Shown: positions 8,746 to 18,509, counted from the stretch's first letter. The stretch: 64,000 bases of DNA from a virus (IMGVR_UViG_3300037296_000055:1-64000), one strand, 5' to 3'. Program-made: numbers and translations. The notes: generated from the letters alone by a model not told the origin.

Positions 8746-10908
8746 TTAGCTGAAAGCGAAGTCACTTAGCATGACTTCCTCGATGTCCAGAGTGCCGATT
8801 TCAGGCATTAGGTCCAGAGCACCGAATTGAGTTAGTATCCCCCGGAGAGGATCGGTCTTATAAAGCTCTACGAACTTTTGTCGAACGTGGTAGAACATGT
8901 GGTTCATATTACCAGGCGTACAACCAAAACTGTCATGGATGACAGCGATAGGATACTCCACTGACGCAACCACCGAAGTAAGGTGGGCAGCATCAAGGCT
9001 ATGAATGATGTTGGGTGAAGCAGCGGCACGTTGTGCGGAGCTGTTCAGCGTAGCGTCAAGCCAGGACTCCAGTGTGACCTTGATCTCTTGGTCCGCGAAC
9101 CGGAGTTTCGTGCGCTTGATCTCGGGCTTCTTGTAGCGCTGTGCCACAATGAACCCGGTGACAGAGGTTACCCATGTCATGTATTCCGACCGTTCGTTTG
9201 CACGATCGGCCAGTGTCTCGAACAAGCCAAGCATCCGCGAGGGACCCTTTAGCTCTTCACGACATGTGTCAAAGATTTCTGCTCCGAGCTTTGCGTACCA
9301 GAGTCTCTCGCCACTTGCGATATACTCAGACACGTCAGGAGAGTCGTCAATGATTTGCTGAGAAGCACCGTAGCGCGTCAACCCGTAGCCAAGGGTCATG
9401 GTGTTGCGCTTCGCGATCTTACGCCGCTCCTTGAGGGAGGTCACTCTGTTCCAGAACACCGGGAACAGGGCTTCACGTATTGCGCGGTTATGATTCTTCC
9501 ATTCAGCCAGCTCTTGCCAAGCGTCTGCTTTGGCCTGAGAGCGGTAATCGGCTGTCAAGTAGTTCCGTTCGAGTTGCTCCTGTTGTGCAAGAACTTCGTC
9601 AAATCGGATTAACGTCCCCTGGTCCAGTTCGGCCTCTTGTTGGCCCAAACGTGTCCAAACCAGGCGTGCGACGTAGCTATACAGATCACCAGGTCGTTCT
9701 GAAGGAACAAGGTTGACCAGCCCAGCAAGCTCAGTGTCCCGTGACAAGGCAACAAGGTGTTGTGTCCCGGATACCGTCCCATCAATATAGGTAGGGAGGT
9801 GGCACACGTAATCTTCCGGCGGACCATCATGCTGCGACACTAGCCACAGCTCGAAGCATCCCGCCAGCGTAGACCACGGCTTATCTGAGTTGTGCCAGCC
9901 GGTGTTTACGGTGGGATCTGTCGCGTATCCAAGTAGCTCATCGAAGTGATCCTCTACATATTGTGCTCTGTCATCCAGAGGCAGCTTGTCTTGACCAAGA
10001 CAGTTGGCGATGTGGACGTATAGCCAGTACAGGCCGTTGTCCCCCAGGCGGTCACCCTGGGTCAGGAGGAGCATAGCCTTGCTAAGGTCTGTGCCCATCT
10101 CGTTGAGGTAGGAAGTGTTGTTGTAGATACGACCCCGGAAGTCGCAGTTGTACAGGTGGTAGAAGCTTGCATCTGCGTAGTGGCGGGCCAGCTTGAGGGT
10201 GGAGTTGGTCTCGATCTCCTTGGACGTCTTCCGACGCTGATCGAGCTCCCCTTCAAGATTGATAGGGCTGGGCAGCTCAGGGTTCTGGAGGTAGTACTCC
10301 GCGACCTCAAGCAAGGACTTGTTGATCAGCCAGGGTTGAGCCCCCAGCTTATTCAGGGCCTTGAAGACCATTGGCTGCTTCTCAGGACTGAACTGAGCCA
10401 GCACATCCTTCTCCCCTTTCTTCACGATGGGGAAGCCCAGCGGGTGGTAGCCCGATACCCAGTCACGCGGAGGGACAGCCTTGGGGAACATCTCGACCTG
10501 TCGGGTCTTGATCAGCCCCCAGAGCGAGTCGATGGCCCCTTGATCCGCGATCTCCAGCATGTAGCTGGGGTTTGCATTCTTCTTTTTCTTGGCCTGGTGT
10601 TTGCGTCGGAAGCCAAGAATACCTGCCTCGATGTAGGACACAAGAACGAACCATCCCTGCTGACATGCAGCGATAGCGTCCCGTGCCCAGCCGTATTTCT
10701 GCTGCAGAGAGCGGCCAAGCTTCACCGAGATGGCCACAAGCGACTGGTATTGCTCAATCCCATGGATGATCATGCCGAAGCAGAAGAACAGAACTTCTTC
10801 AGCAGGGGCAGCTTTCATGTCCATCGTATGGATGTGGCGGTCGCTTCGTAATAGTGCTTGACGGCGCTCAAAGTCGCCCACAAGCTTTTCTAGAGTAGTT
10901 GTTGTCAT
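8746..10908 (-). CDS. T7-family single-subunit DNA-directed RNA polymerase (stand-alone, ~720 aa)
   Basis: DFRGRIY, motif A IDGTVSGTQH, motif B RKIAKRNTMTLGYG, PNIIHSLDA, motif C IHDSFG, C-terminal FAFS. Confidence 0.97.
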   Translation of the reverse strand: MTTTTLEKLVGDFERRQALLRSDRHIHTMDMKAAPAEEVLFFCFGMIIHGIEQYQSLVAISVKLGRSLQQKYGWARDAIAACQQGWFVLVSYIEAGILGFRRKHQAKKKKNANPSYMLEIADQGAIDSLWGLIKTRQVEMFPKAVPPRDWVSGYHPLGFPIVKKGEKDVLAQFSPEKQPMVFKALNKLGAQPWLINKSLLEVAEYYLQNPELPSPINLEGELDQRRKTSKEIETNSTLKLARHYADASFYHLYNCDFRGRIYNNTSYLNEMGTDLSKAMLLLTQGDRLGDNGLYWLYVHIANCLGQDKLPLDDRAQYVEDHFDELLGYATDPTVNTGWHNSDKPWSTLAGCFELWLVSQHDGPPEDYVCHLPTYIDGTVSGTQHLVALSRDTELAGLVNLVPSERPGDLYSYVARLVWTRLGQQEAELDQGTLIRFDEVLAQQEQLERNYLTADYRSQAKADAWQELAEWKNHNRAIREALFPVFWNRVTSLKERRKIAKRNTMTLGYGLTRYGASQQIIDDSPDVSEYIASGERLWYAKLGAEIFDTCREELKGPSRMLGLFETLADRANERSEYMTWVTSVTGFIVAQRYKKPEIKRTKLRFADQEIKVTLESWLDATLNSSAQRAAASPNIIHSLDAAHLTSVVASVEYPIAVIHDSFGCTPGNMNHMFYHVRQKFVELYKTDPLRGILTQFGALDLMPEIGTLDIEEVMLSDFAFS

Positions 10909-11056
10909 CAAACCTTTTTCACGGGATGTCACCTAGTGGGTGCCCGTCTATACTGGGGTTTCAGAGATGAGTTTACTCCATTGCTACCTGTCGAAAGACT
11001 TCGAGGAATAGCACAAAGAAGAAAAACCCAATAATAGTAGTAATCCTTAGATCAAA

Positions 11057-11242
11057 TTAGTTGAGGCGCATCCGTGTTACCTGAAGGTTCAGAAGGATTT
11101 CCTCTTGTTCAGCAGGAGTTGGGACGGAGCCCGCTTCCTTTAGTACACCCGAAGGTGCGTAGGTGTGACCCCACTTAGCGTCAATGGCCTGCACCAGCTC
11201 GGTGAAGGTCATGGGAGTTTCACGTGATTGTGTCTTTGCCAA
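11057..11242 (-). CDS. hypothetical protein
   Basis: Tiles in operon. Confidence 0.5.
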   Translation of the reverse strand: MAKTQSRETPMTFTELVQAIDAKWGHTYAPSGVLKEAGSVPTPAEQEEILLNLQVTRMRLN

Positions 11243-11639
11243 GTTGTGTTACTCCTACAGTGTCATAGCGCAAGCCGAGGTTTCGGCAGGCTTTCTGCGC
11301 CATCTCTGCCCGGCAGGACAGGAATGGATCGAAGATCAGAGTGTGAGTCGGCTTCCAGGCATTCAGCACGAAGAAGTCACGGAGGAAGTTACCGGACTCT
11401 TGCGCCTGCTTAGGGATGACGATCACCTCTGCAGTGCCGCTGTCGATTTTGCGACTTGCTAGCCAGGGCTGGAGAAAGCGCTCCGTGCCCGAGGTCAGAC
11501 GCCCCACGTAGATCTTTCGGGGCTTGAGGATCTGGAAGTTCACGTCGAACTCGTAGAACGCTCGCTTCTCGTTAGTGTCGGTCGGGTTGCCGACCAGGAA
11601 CCAGCTAAGCTGAATGTCCTTTGGTACTTGCTGTGCCAC
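11220..11639 (-). CDS. hypothetical protein (GTG start inferred)
   Basis: Tiles in operon. Confidence 0.5.
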   Translation of the reverse strand: MAQQVPKDIQLSWFLVGNPTDTNEKRAFYEFDVNFQILKPRKIYVGRLTSGTERFLQPWLASRKIDSGTAEVIVIPKQAQESGNFLRDFFVLNAWKPTHTLIFDPFLSCRAEMAQKACRNLGLRYDTVGVTQLGKDTIT

Positions 11640-12030
11640 GGTAAATCCCTTGCAATTTTTCCAGTGTGGCGACCCCCTCCAGCTCGTAAGGAGGACGATC
11701 ATCGTTGAACCGTCCGACCAGCATTGCGTCAAGGAGAATGGCGTTGGAGGCCATGTCATGAGCAAGGTGGTGGATCAGCGAGTCCTGGGCGAAATCCTCT
11801 CCGGACCACCAGGACAACGTGTGACGCATCTTGGCGTTGAAGAACACAGAGGCTGTGACCCCTGTTCCACGCCAGTTGAAGGCACCGTACTTGGTGGCAC
11901 CATCTTGCATCGCAGCTCCCAGAGCCATGATGGCCACAGGAGGGATGACAGCGGACGTTGGTTTACCCAGCGCCGCCATCGTCTTCAGGTTCGTATCAAT
12001 AGGCTGGGTCTTCGTCGGGATCAGTTCCAT
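11605..12030 (-). CDS. dATP/dGTP diphosphohydrolase-domain protein (DUF5664-like)
   Basis: GATKYGAFNWR...AKMRH...GED...DS.IHHLAH. Confidence 0.88.
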   Translation of the reverse strand: MELIPTKTQPIDTNLKTMAALGKPTSAVIPPVAIMALGAAMQDGATKYGAFNWRGTGVTASVFFNAKMRHTLSWWSGEDFAQDSLIHHLAHDMASNAILLDAMLVGRFNDDRPPYELEGVATLEKLQGIYRGTASTKGHSA

Positions 12031-12526
12031 AAGTAGCTTTACCTTTGTTCTTGTTAGCAGTCTTCAACGCGGGCGTCACAAGACCATAAATGGAGTAGTA
12101 CTGGGTCTTCCAGAGGCTGACCGAGACCAGAGCGTAGATGCCCTCACGGTCGCCGATTTCAGGGATTTTGGAGTCAGTAGGAACGACAAAGCGTTCGAAG
12201 ATGGGCTGGACGTTGGGGTCCATGTTGTCGTCAGATACCCAGATCAGCAGCAGCTGCATGTCGTCCAGCTCGCTACCGTAGTCATCGTCGTCGTCGTCGC
12301 CTTCCGCCATGCCACCGAACAGATGGTTGTAGAGATCCCCTCGGGACTTGTCCACCGACTCTTCAGCAGGCGTTGTGTTGTCCACGACCACCGTGGGGCG
12401 GCTGGGGATCACCACTTCAGGCATGATCACGTCGCCGTGGATGATCTCTCGCGGATCAACCTCAGGCAGAGTCACCCCGCCAAGTAACGGTTTGTCCTGC
12501 ACTAACACCACCGATGTACCGACCAT
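11996..12526 (-). CDS. acidic hypothetical protein
   Basis: Start reassigned to MVGTS after GGAG. Confidence 0.55.
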   Translation of the reverse strand: MVGTSVVLVQDKPLLGGVTLPEVDPREIIHGDVIMPEVVIPSRPTVVVDNTTPAEESVDKSRGDLYNHLFGGMAEGDDDDDDYGSELDDMQLLLIWVSDDNMDPNVQPIFERFVVPTDSKIPEIGDREGIYALVSVSLWKTQYYSIYGLVTPALKTANKNKGKATYGTDPDEDPAY

Positions 12527-12902
12527 TGTTTTCTCCAATTCGTTTTGGGGATGAGATGTATTCATAGATGGAGGCCTCAACAGGTTCGTCCTGGCCTTCC
12601 AAGTCAAAAGAGCGCACGTAGCGCTGGTACATAGAGCCGTTGCCCTCAAGGCGATCAAGATCGCGCAACAGAGAGGGATCGGTCATCTCATAGAGCTCCC
12701 CGGTAATGTGGGCAGCGTGGCGCTCATCCGCAGGGCGGTCCCAACCATCGACGTTGATGGCCAGGGGGAAGCCCACATCGTAGAGCAAGTAGTCAGGACG
12801 TGCTGTGACGGCCTTTCCGATCAGCCGAGCACGGTTGCCCATGTCCAGCCGATCATAGTTCCAAAATCCGGCCTTCAAAGACCCATATACGAAGAAGTTC
12901 AT
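12462..12902 (-). CDS. gamma-glutamylcyclotransferase (AIG2/YtfP-like)
   Basis: FVYGSLKAG..N, ITGELYE, LDRLEG, YQR. Confidence 0.92.
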   Translation of the reverse strand: MNFFVYGSLKAGFWNYDRLDMGNRARLIGKAVTARPDYLLYDVGFPLAINVDGWDRPADERHAAHITGELYEMTDPSLLRDLDRLEGNGSMYQRYVRSFDLEGQDEPVEASIYEYISSPKRIGENNGRYIGGVSAGQTVTWRGDSA

Positions 12903-13588
12903 CGGCGAGCCACCTTCCGTGGACCAGGTTCCCGGATCAGGAGCTGGAGTGTGTTGTGGGAGCCAGGGTTATACCACTCCGCCATAGGCCGGAAGCCCAG
13001 AGCAATGTAGCAGTGGATGAGGAAGGCAGAGTCATCCCGGTTCAGAACAGGGATCATCTCCAGGGTTTTCGACTCCCACTGACTATCCTTCAGGTCCAGG
13101 ACCCGCTCCAGCGCCCCGATGATCACCGCATAGTCACGGCTCTGACCAATGTCCAGGTCAGGCAGGGCGGTGTGAACACCGTAGACAATGCCCACGCTGG
13201 GTGAGTGGTGGGCGTAGGAACGGAAGTACAGAGTCCCATAACTGATATGGGCTTCCTGCGCTGGGGTCAGCACCACCGGAATATCGTCCCCTGGTAGAGT
13301 CTCTGCCCGTGGGAGGTTGCGACGGACCTGGGGTGGGTTGGGGTTGCGGACCCAAGTGCGGGCCCCTGCAACACGCCCGAAGGCCCAGATGGTGGTGTCC
13401 GTCTCATGGACAACCTCGATGAACTCCTCCCGATCCTCCTTGTAGATCCGGCCCATCGCCTCATAGTTGGCCCGGCTCAGGATCAGCAGACGGGGGTTGA
13501 TCTCCACCGTCCCTGCCATGAAGTGAGCGACTTGTTCGGACGCGCCCATCTGCGATACGCCGCAGCAGCCTGCAATGTGGTTTGCCAT
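12899..13588 (-). CDS. hypothetical protein
   Basis: Start MANHIA after GGAGG. Confidence 0.65.
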   Translation of the reverse strand: MANHIAGCCGVSQMGASEQVAHFMAGTVEINPRLLILSRANYEAMGRIYKEDREEFIEVVHETDTTIWAFGRVAGARTWVRNPNPPQVRRNLPRAETLPGDDIPVVLTPAQEAHISYGTLYFRSYAHHSPSVGIVYGVHTALPDLDIGQSRDYAVIIGALERVLDLKDSQWESKTLEMIPVLNRDDSAFLIHCYIALGFRPMAEWYNPGSHNTLQLLIREPGPRKVARR

Positions 13589-13592
13589 GATG

Positions 13593-13874
13593 TTATGCCT
13601 CCAACCAAGCACGGATTTTCTCAGAGTTCGCAGGCAGACCGACCTTACGGCTCTGCTCCACGTCGTCCTTGAACAGGATCGCTGCAGGAACACCGACAAT
13701 CGCCTTGTCCTGCGCCTCCTGAACGTTCTCCGGAAGGGTGATGTCCTTCACGACCAGGGGGACGCCCAGGTCAGTTGTGATGGACTCATAGTACCCCTGC
13801 GCCTTGGCACAGATGTCAGAGGCCCAGGCACTCGTGTACAGTACCACAGACAGGTTTTTCTTTTCTTCGGTCAT
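13593..13874 (-). CDS. thioredoxin/glutaredoxin-fold protein with atypical active site
   Basis: VVLYTSAWASDIC...IVGVPAAILFKD. Confidence 0.75.
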   Translation of the reverse strand: MTEEKKNLSVVLYTSAWASDICAKAQGYYESITTDLGVPLVVKDITLPENVQEAQDKAIVGVPAAILFKDDVEQSRKVGLPANSEKIRAWLEA

Positions 13875-13896
13875 GTTTGTCTCCATCCGAAATGAT

Positions 13897-13946
13897 AAAA
13901 AAAGAGTTAGAAAGAAGTCGGTCCCCAGCCCCCGAAGGGGCCAGGG
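13897..13946 (-). terminator. putative intrinsic terminator (UUCG hairpin, delayed U-tract)
   Basis: CCCTGGCCCC-TTCG-GGGGCTGGGG, then a pyrimidine run and T7 on the - strand. Confidence 0.6.
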
Positions 13947-13954
13947 TAGAGGGT

Positions 13955-14209
13955 TTAGGACTGAGCCAAGAGGAGCTCGGTCTCGAACAAGTGGTTAGGT
14001 GTGAAGACGACACCCACCACAGCGTCTTCGTTTCGATCGATACGGGCCTCAAGGGAGAGCCGGAACGCGCGACTTTCGTTGGTACGATCAGAAGAGCGAC
14101 GCACCGTGTAGAGTGCATCCTCAAGGGACAAGTCGCCATGCCAGATCTTAGACTCTGGTGTGTTCCGGCGAACCAGCCGCGCAATTCGTAGGACGGGAAG
14201 TTCAGCCAT
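13955..14209 (-). CDS. hypothetical protein
   Basis: Tiles in operon. Confidence 0.55.
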   Translation of the reverse strand: MAELPVLRIARLVRRNTPESKIWHGDLSLEDALYTVRRSSDRTNESRAFRLSLEARIDRNEDAVVGVVFTPNHLFETELLLAQS

Positions 14210-14453
14210 TTTTTGACTTACCTTTCTTGGGCTCGGCCTTTGGCTTCTTCAAGGAGAAGTATAAGACCAGGGCAATCCCTAAAGAAGCTGCGAAGGACAG
14301 CCCATAGGCCACTCCTAACATCAGACATCCGAAGCAGATTACGTCGAACCGGGTTATCTCGGGCCAAACCAGCCCGAGTTTGTTGGAGTTGTTTTCCGCA
14401 GCGGCCTTGCGCTCTCGGAAGTGTCGAGGAAGCTCCCAGAACGGAAGCTCCAT
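14202..14453 (-). CDS. small membrane protein
   Basis: Start MELPFW; hydrophobic stretch and basic tail. Confidence 0.55.
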   Translation of the reverse strand: MELPFWELPRHFRERKAAAENNSNKLGLVWPEITRFDVICFGCLMLGVAYGLSFAASLGIALVLYFSLKKPKAEPKKGKSKNG

Positions 14454-14460
14454 CCAGCTC

Positions 14461-15051
14461 TCAGGAGATGACGCCTGGGGCTGGGGTTTCGGGCGCGGTG
14501 GTTGCTGCAGCGACCTTGGGCCGGACAACGAAGTCTGGCTCTGCTTCGGGCTTCTGGGTTGAGAGATCATCGATCGCGCCTTCTTTCCACTGGAATTCAC
14601 CTTCATGAGTTTTGACCACTTTCCAGATGTGATCAAAGCCCTCCGACACGATCGCGGGGTCACGAACGTAGTGCTCCGTACCCTCGTCAAGGAGAGTCAG
14701 AGACACCATCGTGTAGTCCAGGGGGAACTTGGACATGAAAGCGCGACGTGCCTTCATGGTTGTGTTCTTGCCCAGGATGAGGATCGTTTCGTCACGCTGA
14801 ATGCCGGACGTCACGCCGAACATCATGCGGGACCAGGCCTCGCGCTGCATTTTAGGATTGGCCATGACTTCTTCGCCAGTCTTTTTGACTTCGACGCCAT
14901 AACGTGCGCAGCTTGCGCCCAAGTTAGAGATACGGATGCGGTCCAGGCCCAGCTGCAGGGTCATCTGTGGGACCAACCAACGGTTGACGAACACAGACGC
15001 CTGCTGAATGAAGCCGCCGGGTGTAGTGATGATAAGACCAAGTTTAGACAT
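14461..15051 (-). CDS. hypothetical protein, possibly a degenerate P-loop kinase fold
   Basis: GGAGG RBS; weak AAA_33-like layout (ILILGKNTTMKARR) with no intact Walker A. Confidence 0.55.
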   Translation of the reverse strand: MSKLGLIITTPGGFIQQASVFVNRWLVPQMTLQLGLDRIRISNLGASCARYGVEVKKTGEEVMANPKMQREAWSRMMFGVTSGIQRDETILILGKNTTMKARRAFMSKFPLDYTMVSLTLLDEGTEHYVRDPAIVSEGFDHIWKVVKTHEGEFQWKEGAIDDLSTQKPEAEPDFVVRPKVAAATTAPETPAPGVIS

Positions 15052-15180
15052 GAGTCACCTCCAAGGGTGTTTAGGGTTTTTTCTTAGGCTTCTTGCCTGA
15101 AGAATCCAAGTTAGCCAGACCCTTTAGGGCGGCCAGAACAACAAGCGTCATGATGATCGCTGCTGCAAAATCGGAGACCA

Positions 15181-15591
15181 TTACAGTCCCAGACGTTTTT
15201 GTGGTGGGCTCGGAAAGATGGTTGACAGGTCGCCCTGGCGTTGAACCATTTTCGAGACCTTGTTGAAGCCCATCCGGCGGATCCGCTTGCGCAGACGGAA
15301 CCGGGCGTACTGTCGGTCGTGCTCCGTCACCGACTCGAAGCTACCTTCAGAGTTGACCGGTATACGGAAGGGCCGTACCATCATGGACATGAGGTACTCA
15401 GGCCGCGAAGTCCAGATGTACAGGAACTTCTTGCAGTGTTCCTCAGAGATACCTGCCAAGAGCATCCCCTTCGTGAAGCGATCCCGGAACCCCAGAGGCA
15501 AGGGGCTGCACTCTGCCTTGCGAGCGGGTATGTGCACCGGGAACAGACCGTGAGCAACTGCTCTTACGGTACTGTAGTCGAAGTTATCCAT
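15181..15591 (-). CDS. ProQ/FinO-domain RNA-binding protein
   Basis: LFP...PLPLGF...ISEEHCKKFLYIWTSRPEYL...R...VTEHDRQYARFRL follows the FinO-domain pattern FP..PLKIGI..LRxYTSSxRYL..R..VTEEHxxHA. Confidence 0.75.
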   Translation of the reverse strand: MDNFDYSTVRAVAHGLFPVHIPARKAECSPLPLGFRDRFTKGMLLAGISEEHCKKFLYIWTSRPEYLMSMMVRPFRIPVNSEGSFESVTEHDRQYARFRLRKRIRRMGFNKVSKMVQRQGDLSTIFPSPPQKRLGL

Positions 15592-16057
15592 GTAAGGTCC
15601 TTTCCACAGAGTTCTTTCGCAGGGCAAGCATGCCCCACACACGGCCTGCCCGGTAGTCACCGGACACGCTAAGCGCATGGACACAGGAAGGGATCAACTC
15701 TTCCGGAATGTCATAGTCTTCCAGAGACAGAAGGAGCAACCCAGCTGGATTGAACCCCTTGTCCCGGACGTCCCGCTCGATCGCCACCAACGAGGCATAA
15801 GCCCGCGCCAGTGTCTGCGCTACAGGAAGCGACATTGAAGCTGCGATAGAGTACTCCACCGGAGCATTCTCTTCGACCAACGCGATGACACGATGACCGG
15901 AGGCAGCGTAGAAGCCCATCAGCCCACGCAGATCTTGATCCGAGAGCTTCAGGTCGGTTGCGGCCAGGATGACCTGAACACTGGTTTCAAGGCACTTATC
16001 AATGATGACAGAAGCGGCCAAGAGAGCTTCCATGGACTTGCTTGCGGAGTTTTCCAT
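15584..16057 (-). CDS. hypothetical protein
   Basis: Tiles in operon. Confidence 0.6.
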   Translation of the reverse strand: MENSASKSMEALLAASVIIDKCLETSVQVILAATDLKLSDQDLRGLMGFYAASGHRVIALVEENAPVEYSIAASMSLPVAQTLARAYASLVAIERDVRDKGFNPAGLLLLSLEDYDIPEELIPSCVHALSVSGDYRAGRVWGMLALRKNSVERTLHG

Positions 16058-16075
16058 AGTTCAATACCTTCAGGT

Positions 16076-16561
16076 TTAGTACGCTGAAACCAGCAGTTCG
16101 TTACGGTTCTTCAGGAGCTCAAGGAAGACTCCCTCACTATCGTAGGCGGCGAAGAAGAACCCTTTGTAGGGGTTATTCTCCAGGTCATAGGGCGACATCG
16201 GAATGTGACCGCCAGTGGTGGGGTGTAGCAGCCGGGTCAGCTCAACTTGGTAAGCCAACCGGGCCAGCTCCCACAGAGGTTTCGCGATCTGGATCGCTGG
16301 TACGTTCGGTGGGGACAAGATGAACCCATGAATGTTGTCCTCTTTGCAGCCCAGCTCACCATACATCTCCCGAAGGATCGGCATGCACTTAGGTACAGTG
16401 CTCAAGCGCTGGTAGGTTGCCTGGCCCACAAGCGTAAGCTCCAAATCTATGAGGACCGAGAGCTCCGCCAGCTGCAGGAACATGGGAAGGGTCTTAGAGT
16501 TGTTGAGTCCCATGTTATTGTCCAATCTCGATAACACACAGCTCTTTGTATTCGGGGTCAT
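16076..16561 (-). CDS. hypothetical protein
   Basis: Tiles in operon. Confidence 0.6.
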   Translation of the reverse strand: MTPNTKSCVLSRLDNNMGLNNSKTLPMFLQLAELSVLIDLELTLVGQATYQRLSTVPKCMPILREMYGELGCKEDNIHGFILSPPNVPAIQIAKPLWELARLAYQVELTRLLHPTTGGHIPMSPYDLENNPYKGFFFAAYDSEGVFLELLKNRNELLVSAY

Positions 16562-16749
16562 TCTGAGCCTTCAGCTCTTTGCAGGTCTCGTCAGCAAGAG
16601 GGCTGATGATGAAGACGTAGACCAGAATGATGATCACTAACGCTTTGAACATTACCAATCTCCCTTCCAGCAACCCCAAGCAGAGAAACAAACCACCACG
16701 ACGAGGGCGATCACGACCATTGTTGTATCAGACATCAAAGTCTCCTTGA

Positions 16750-17385
16750 TTAGTTTTTGAAGTTCTTGCACAGCTGCAGAATTGCAGACTGTACACCCTC
16801 ATCCTCGGAAATACTCTGGATGATGGCAGAGTAGTCCTCACACTCCGACTCGGAAGTCGCGTCTGAGAACATGCCCACTGCATCTGACGTCAGGCCAGAC
16901 ACTGTGGACGCGGTAGCGCTGGCTGCGGAGGATACACCATTGATGGTCCCCGTCACCGCTCCTGACACAGCACCCTTGGTACCGTTCCAGGCTCGACCCA
17001 CAAGACCCTCAGCATCATCAGCGATCTCCTCGACCTCTGATTGTGCATCTTCCAAAGCCTGAGCGGCCCTAAGTTGGGCCAGCTGGATCTTTTGTTCCAA
17101 CAGCAGGTTCAGCGCGTTGTCCTCACGGAGCATCGCACCGATCTCACCCCCCGGAAGTGTGGGAGGAGAGGTCATCTCTTTCAGCTGCCAGATGGCGTCC
17201 TGAAGGTTGTAGCTGGGCGTGAGCTCCAGGTCGTAGGTCGTGACGAACTCAGCAAGCTGCTCTGAGCTCATGTAGCGTTGGTCAGCGAAGCCATCGGCCC
17301 AGCCAACAAGGAACAGTGTGCTTGAAGTTGCAACACCGACAGACAGGCCCAGGACGGCGGCGATAGTTGTGGATTTAGACATCAT
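16750..17385 (-). CDS. membrane-anchored coiled-coil protein
   Basis: N-terminal hydrophobic segment, Ala/Ser/Gly-rich region; RBS AGGAG. Confidence 0.7.
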   Translation of the reverse strand: MMSKSTTIAAVLGLSVGVATSSTLFLVGWADGFADQRYMSSEQLAEFVTTYDLELTPSYNLQDAIWQLKEMTSPPTLPGGEIGAMLREDNALNLLLEQKIQLAQLRAAQALEDAQSEVEEIADDAEGLVGRAWNGTKGAVSGAVTGTINGVSSAASATASTVSGLTSDAVGMFSDATSESECEDYSAIIQSISEDEGVQSAILQLCKNFKN

Positions 17386-17408
17386 AGTCTCCTAAGGTTG
17401 TGTTACGG

Positions 17409-17633
17409 TTATACCGACAGGACTTCGTAGGCTGCGACCACATCAAGCAGTGGCATACCGGAGCCGATGATAACCCAGCGGTTGTTAGGGTGGAAGCGAT
17501 TGCGACGCTTGCACTCAACGTTCAGGAACTCACCGTCTTTGGTGCGGACCCTCAGAGGACCCAGGTTGTTGGGCAGCTCTTTGTTACGTGCATTGAAGTA
17601 AGCGACGGATTTGGAGTTGGTGAAGTTGAACAT
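17409..17633 (-). CDS. hypothetical protein
   Basis: RBS AAGGATACTACT-ATG. Confidence 0.65.
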   Translation of the reverse strand: MFNFTNSKSVAYFNARNKELPNNLGPLRVRTKDGEFLNVECKRRNRFHPNNRWVIIGSGMPLLDVVAAYEVLSV

Positions 17634-17900
17634 AGTAGTATCCTTTCAGGATGTGATGATAGCGAGTCCCCAGGCAATAGCGCCGAGGATCAGGATTAGA
17701 GCGAAGATCGTTTTCTCTTCACGGTCCATCAGTAAGCACTCACGGCGAGGGCCACAACGGTTGTGATCAAGATGCCAAGCAAGTTGACAATCTTATGAGC
17801 ATCATCTCGCCCGAAGGCAACGACGACGACTGTCGCGGGGATAGCAACCATTGCGATTACAGCAGGGGTCATGATAATAGTCCTTATCAAAGTTGTTCTT

Positions 17901-17945
17901 AGAAGATCATTCTTCTATTATAGATACACCGTTTTTCTCACTTTT
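17901..17945 (-). promoter_or_regulatory. putative early promoter, motif E copy 1
   Basis: AAAAGTGAG-N7-GTGTATCTATAATAGAAGAATGATCTTCT; 29-bp core identical in 3 copies. Confidence 0.8.
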
Positions 17946-18192
17946 TTGACTCCATTCTGGTCAGAATGTTGTACTCCGCACCACGCCGAAGACGTAGCCA
18001 GAAGCGCCAAGTCCCCTTTGCAGGACGACGGAGGAAGTAGATGTTGTTGTCAGTGTCGACCAGCACGCCACGGGGGCGTACAGTCTTGATACGGGCGGAG
18101 GTTACCGACGAGTTAGTCCGCGTAGAGTTCCCCGTAAGGAAGATCCCAGCGCCTTTACGACATCGAATAGCGTAGTTATCAACAGCTTCCAT
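17938..18192 (-). CDS. hypothetical early protein (paralog family A)
   Basis: Shares a pattern with 18509-18769. Confidence 0.6.
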   Translation of the reverse strand: MEAVDNYAIRCRKGAGIFLTGNSTRTNSSVTSARIKTVRPRGVLVDTDNNIYFLRRPAKGTWRFWLRLRRGAEYNILTRMESKK

Positions 18193-18509
18193 GTAAACCT
18201 ATCCTCCTTGCGTTTACCGATCAGGTAGTGATCCCGGAAGACCTTGTGCAGGCCGGGATCCAAGAGACCGAACATGAAACCGTAGTACAGTGCCCGTAAG
18301 CCCCGGTCCGGGTGGACCAGCCCCCAACGGGTTCCACGATCATCCACCACGTAGCGCGGGAGATGCCATTCTTTCACGATCACAGGCTTCTTGCCCAGGG
18401 GCTCAACAAAGTAGTATATTGAGGTCTTCCCAAAGAACTCTACCCTAGATCGTTCACCACGAAGCTCCTTCTTAAAGGGATCGTAGTAGTAGTCATCCAG
18501 TAAGGGCAT
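18102..18509 (-). CDS. hypothetical early protein (possibly family A)
   Basis: Start MPLLDD; VDDRGTRWGLVHP. Confidence 0.55.
   Translation of the reverse strand: MPLLDDYYYDPFKKELRGERSRVEFFGKTSIYYFVEPLGKKPVIVKEWHLPRYVVDDRGTRWGLVHPDRGLRALYYGFMFGLLDPGLHKVFRDHYLIGKRKEDRFTWKLLITTLFDVVKALGSSLRGTLRGLTRR

Noticed and set aside
10975-11046. ~19-aa hydrophobic uORF upstream of the RNAP gene
   Set aside because: Needs a TTG start with long SD spacing; too short to support
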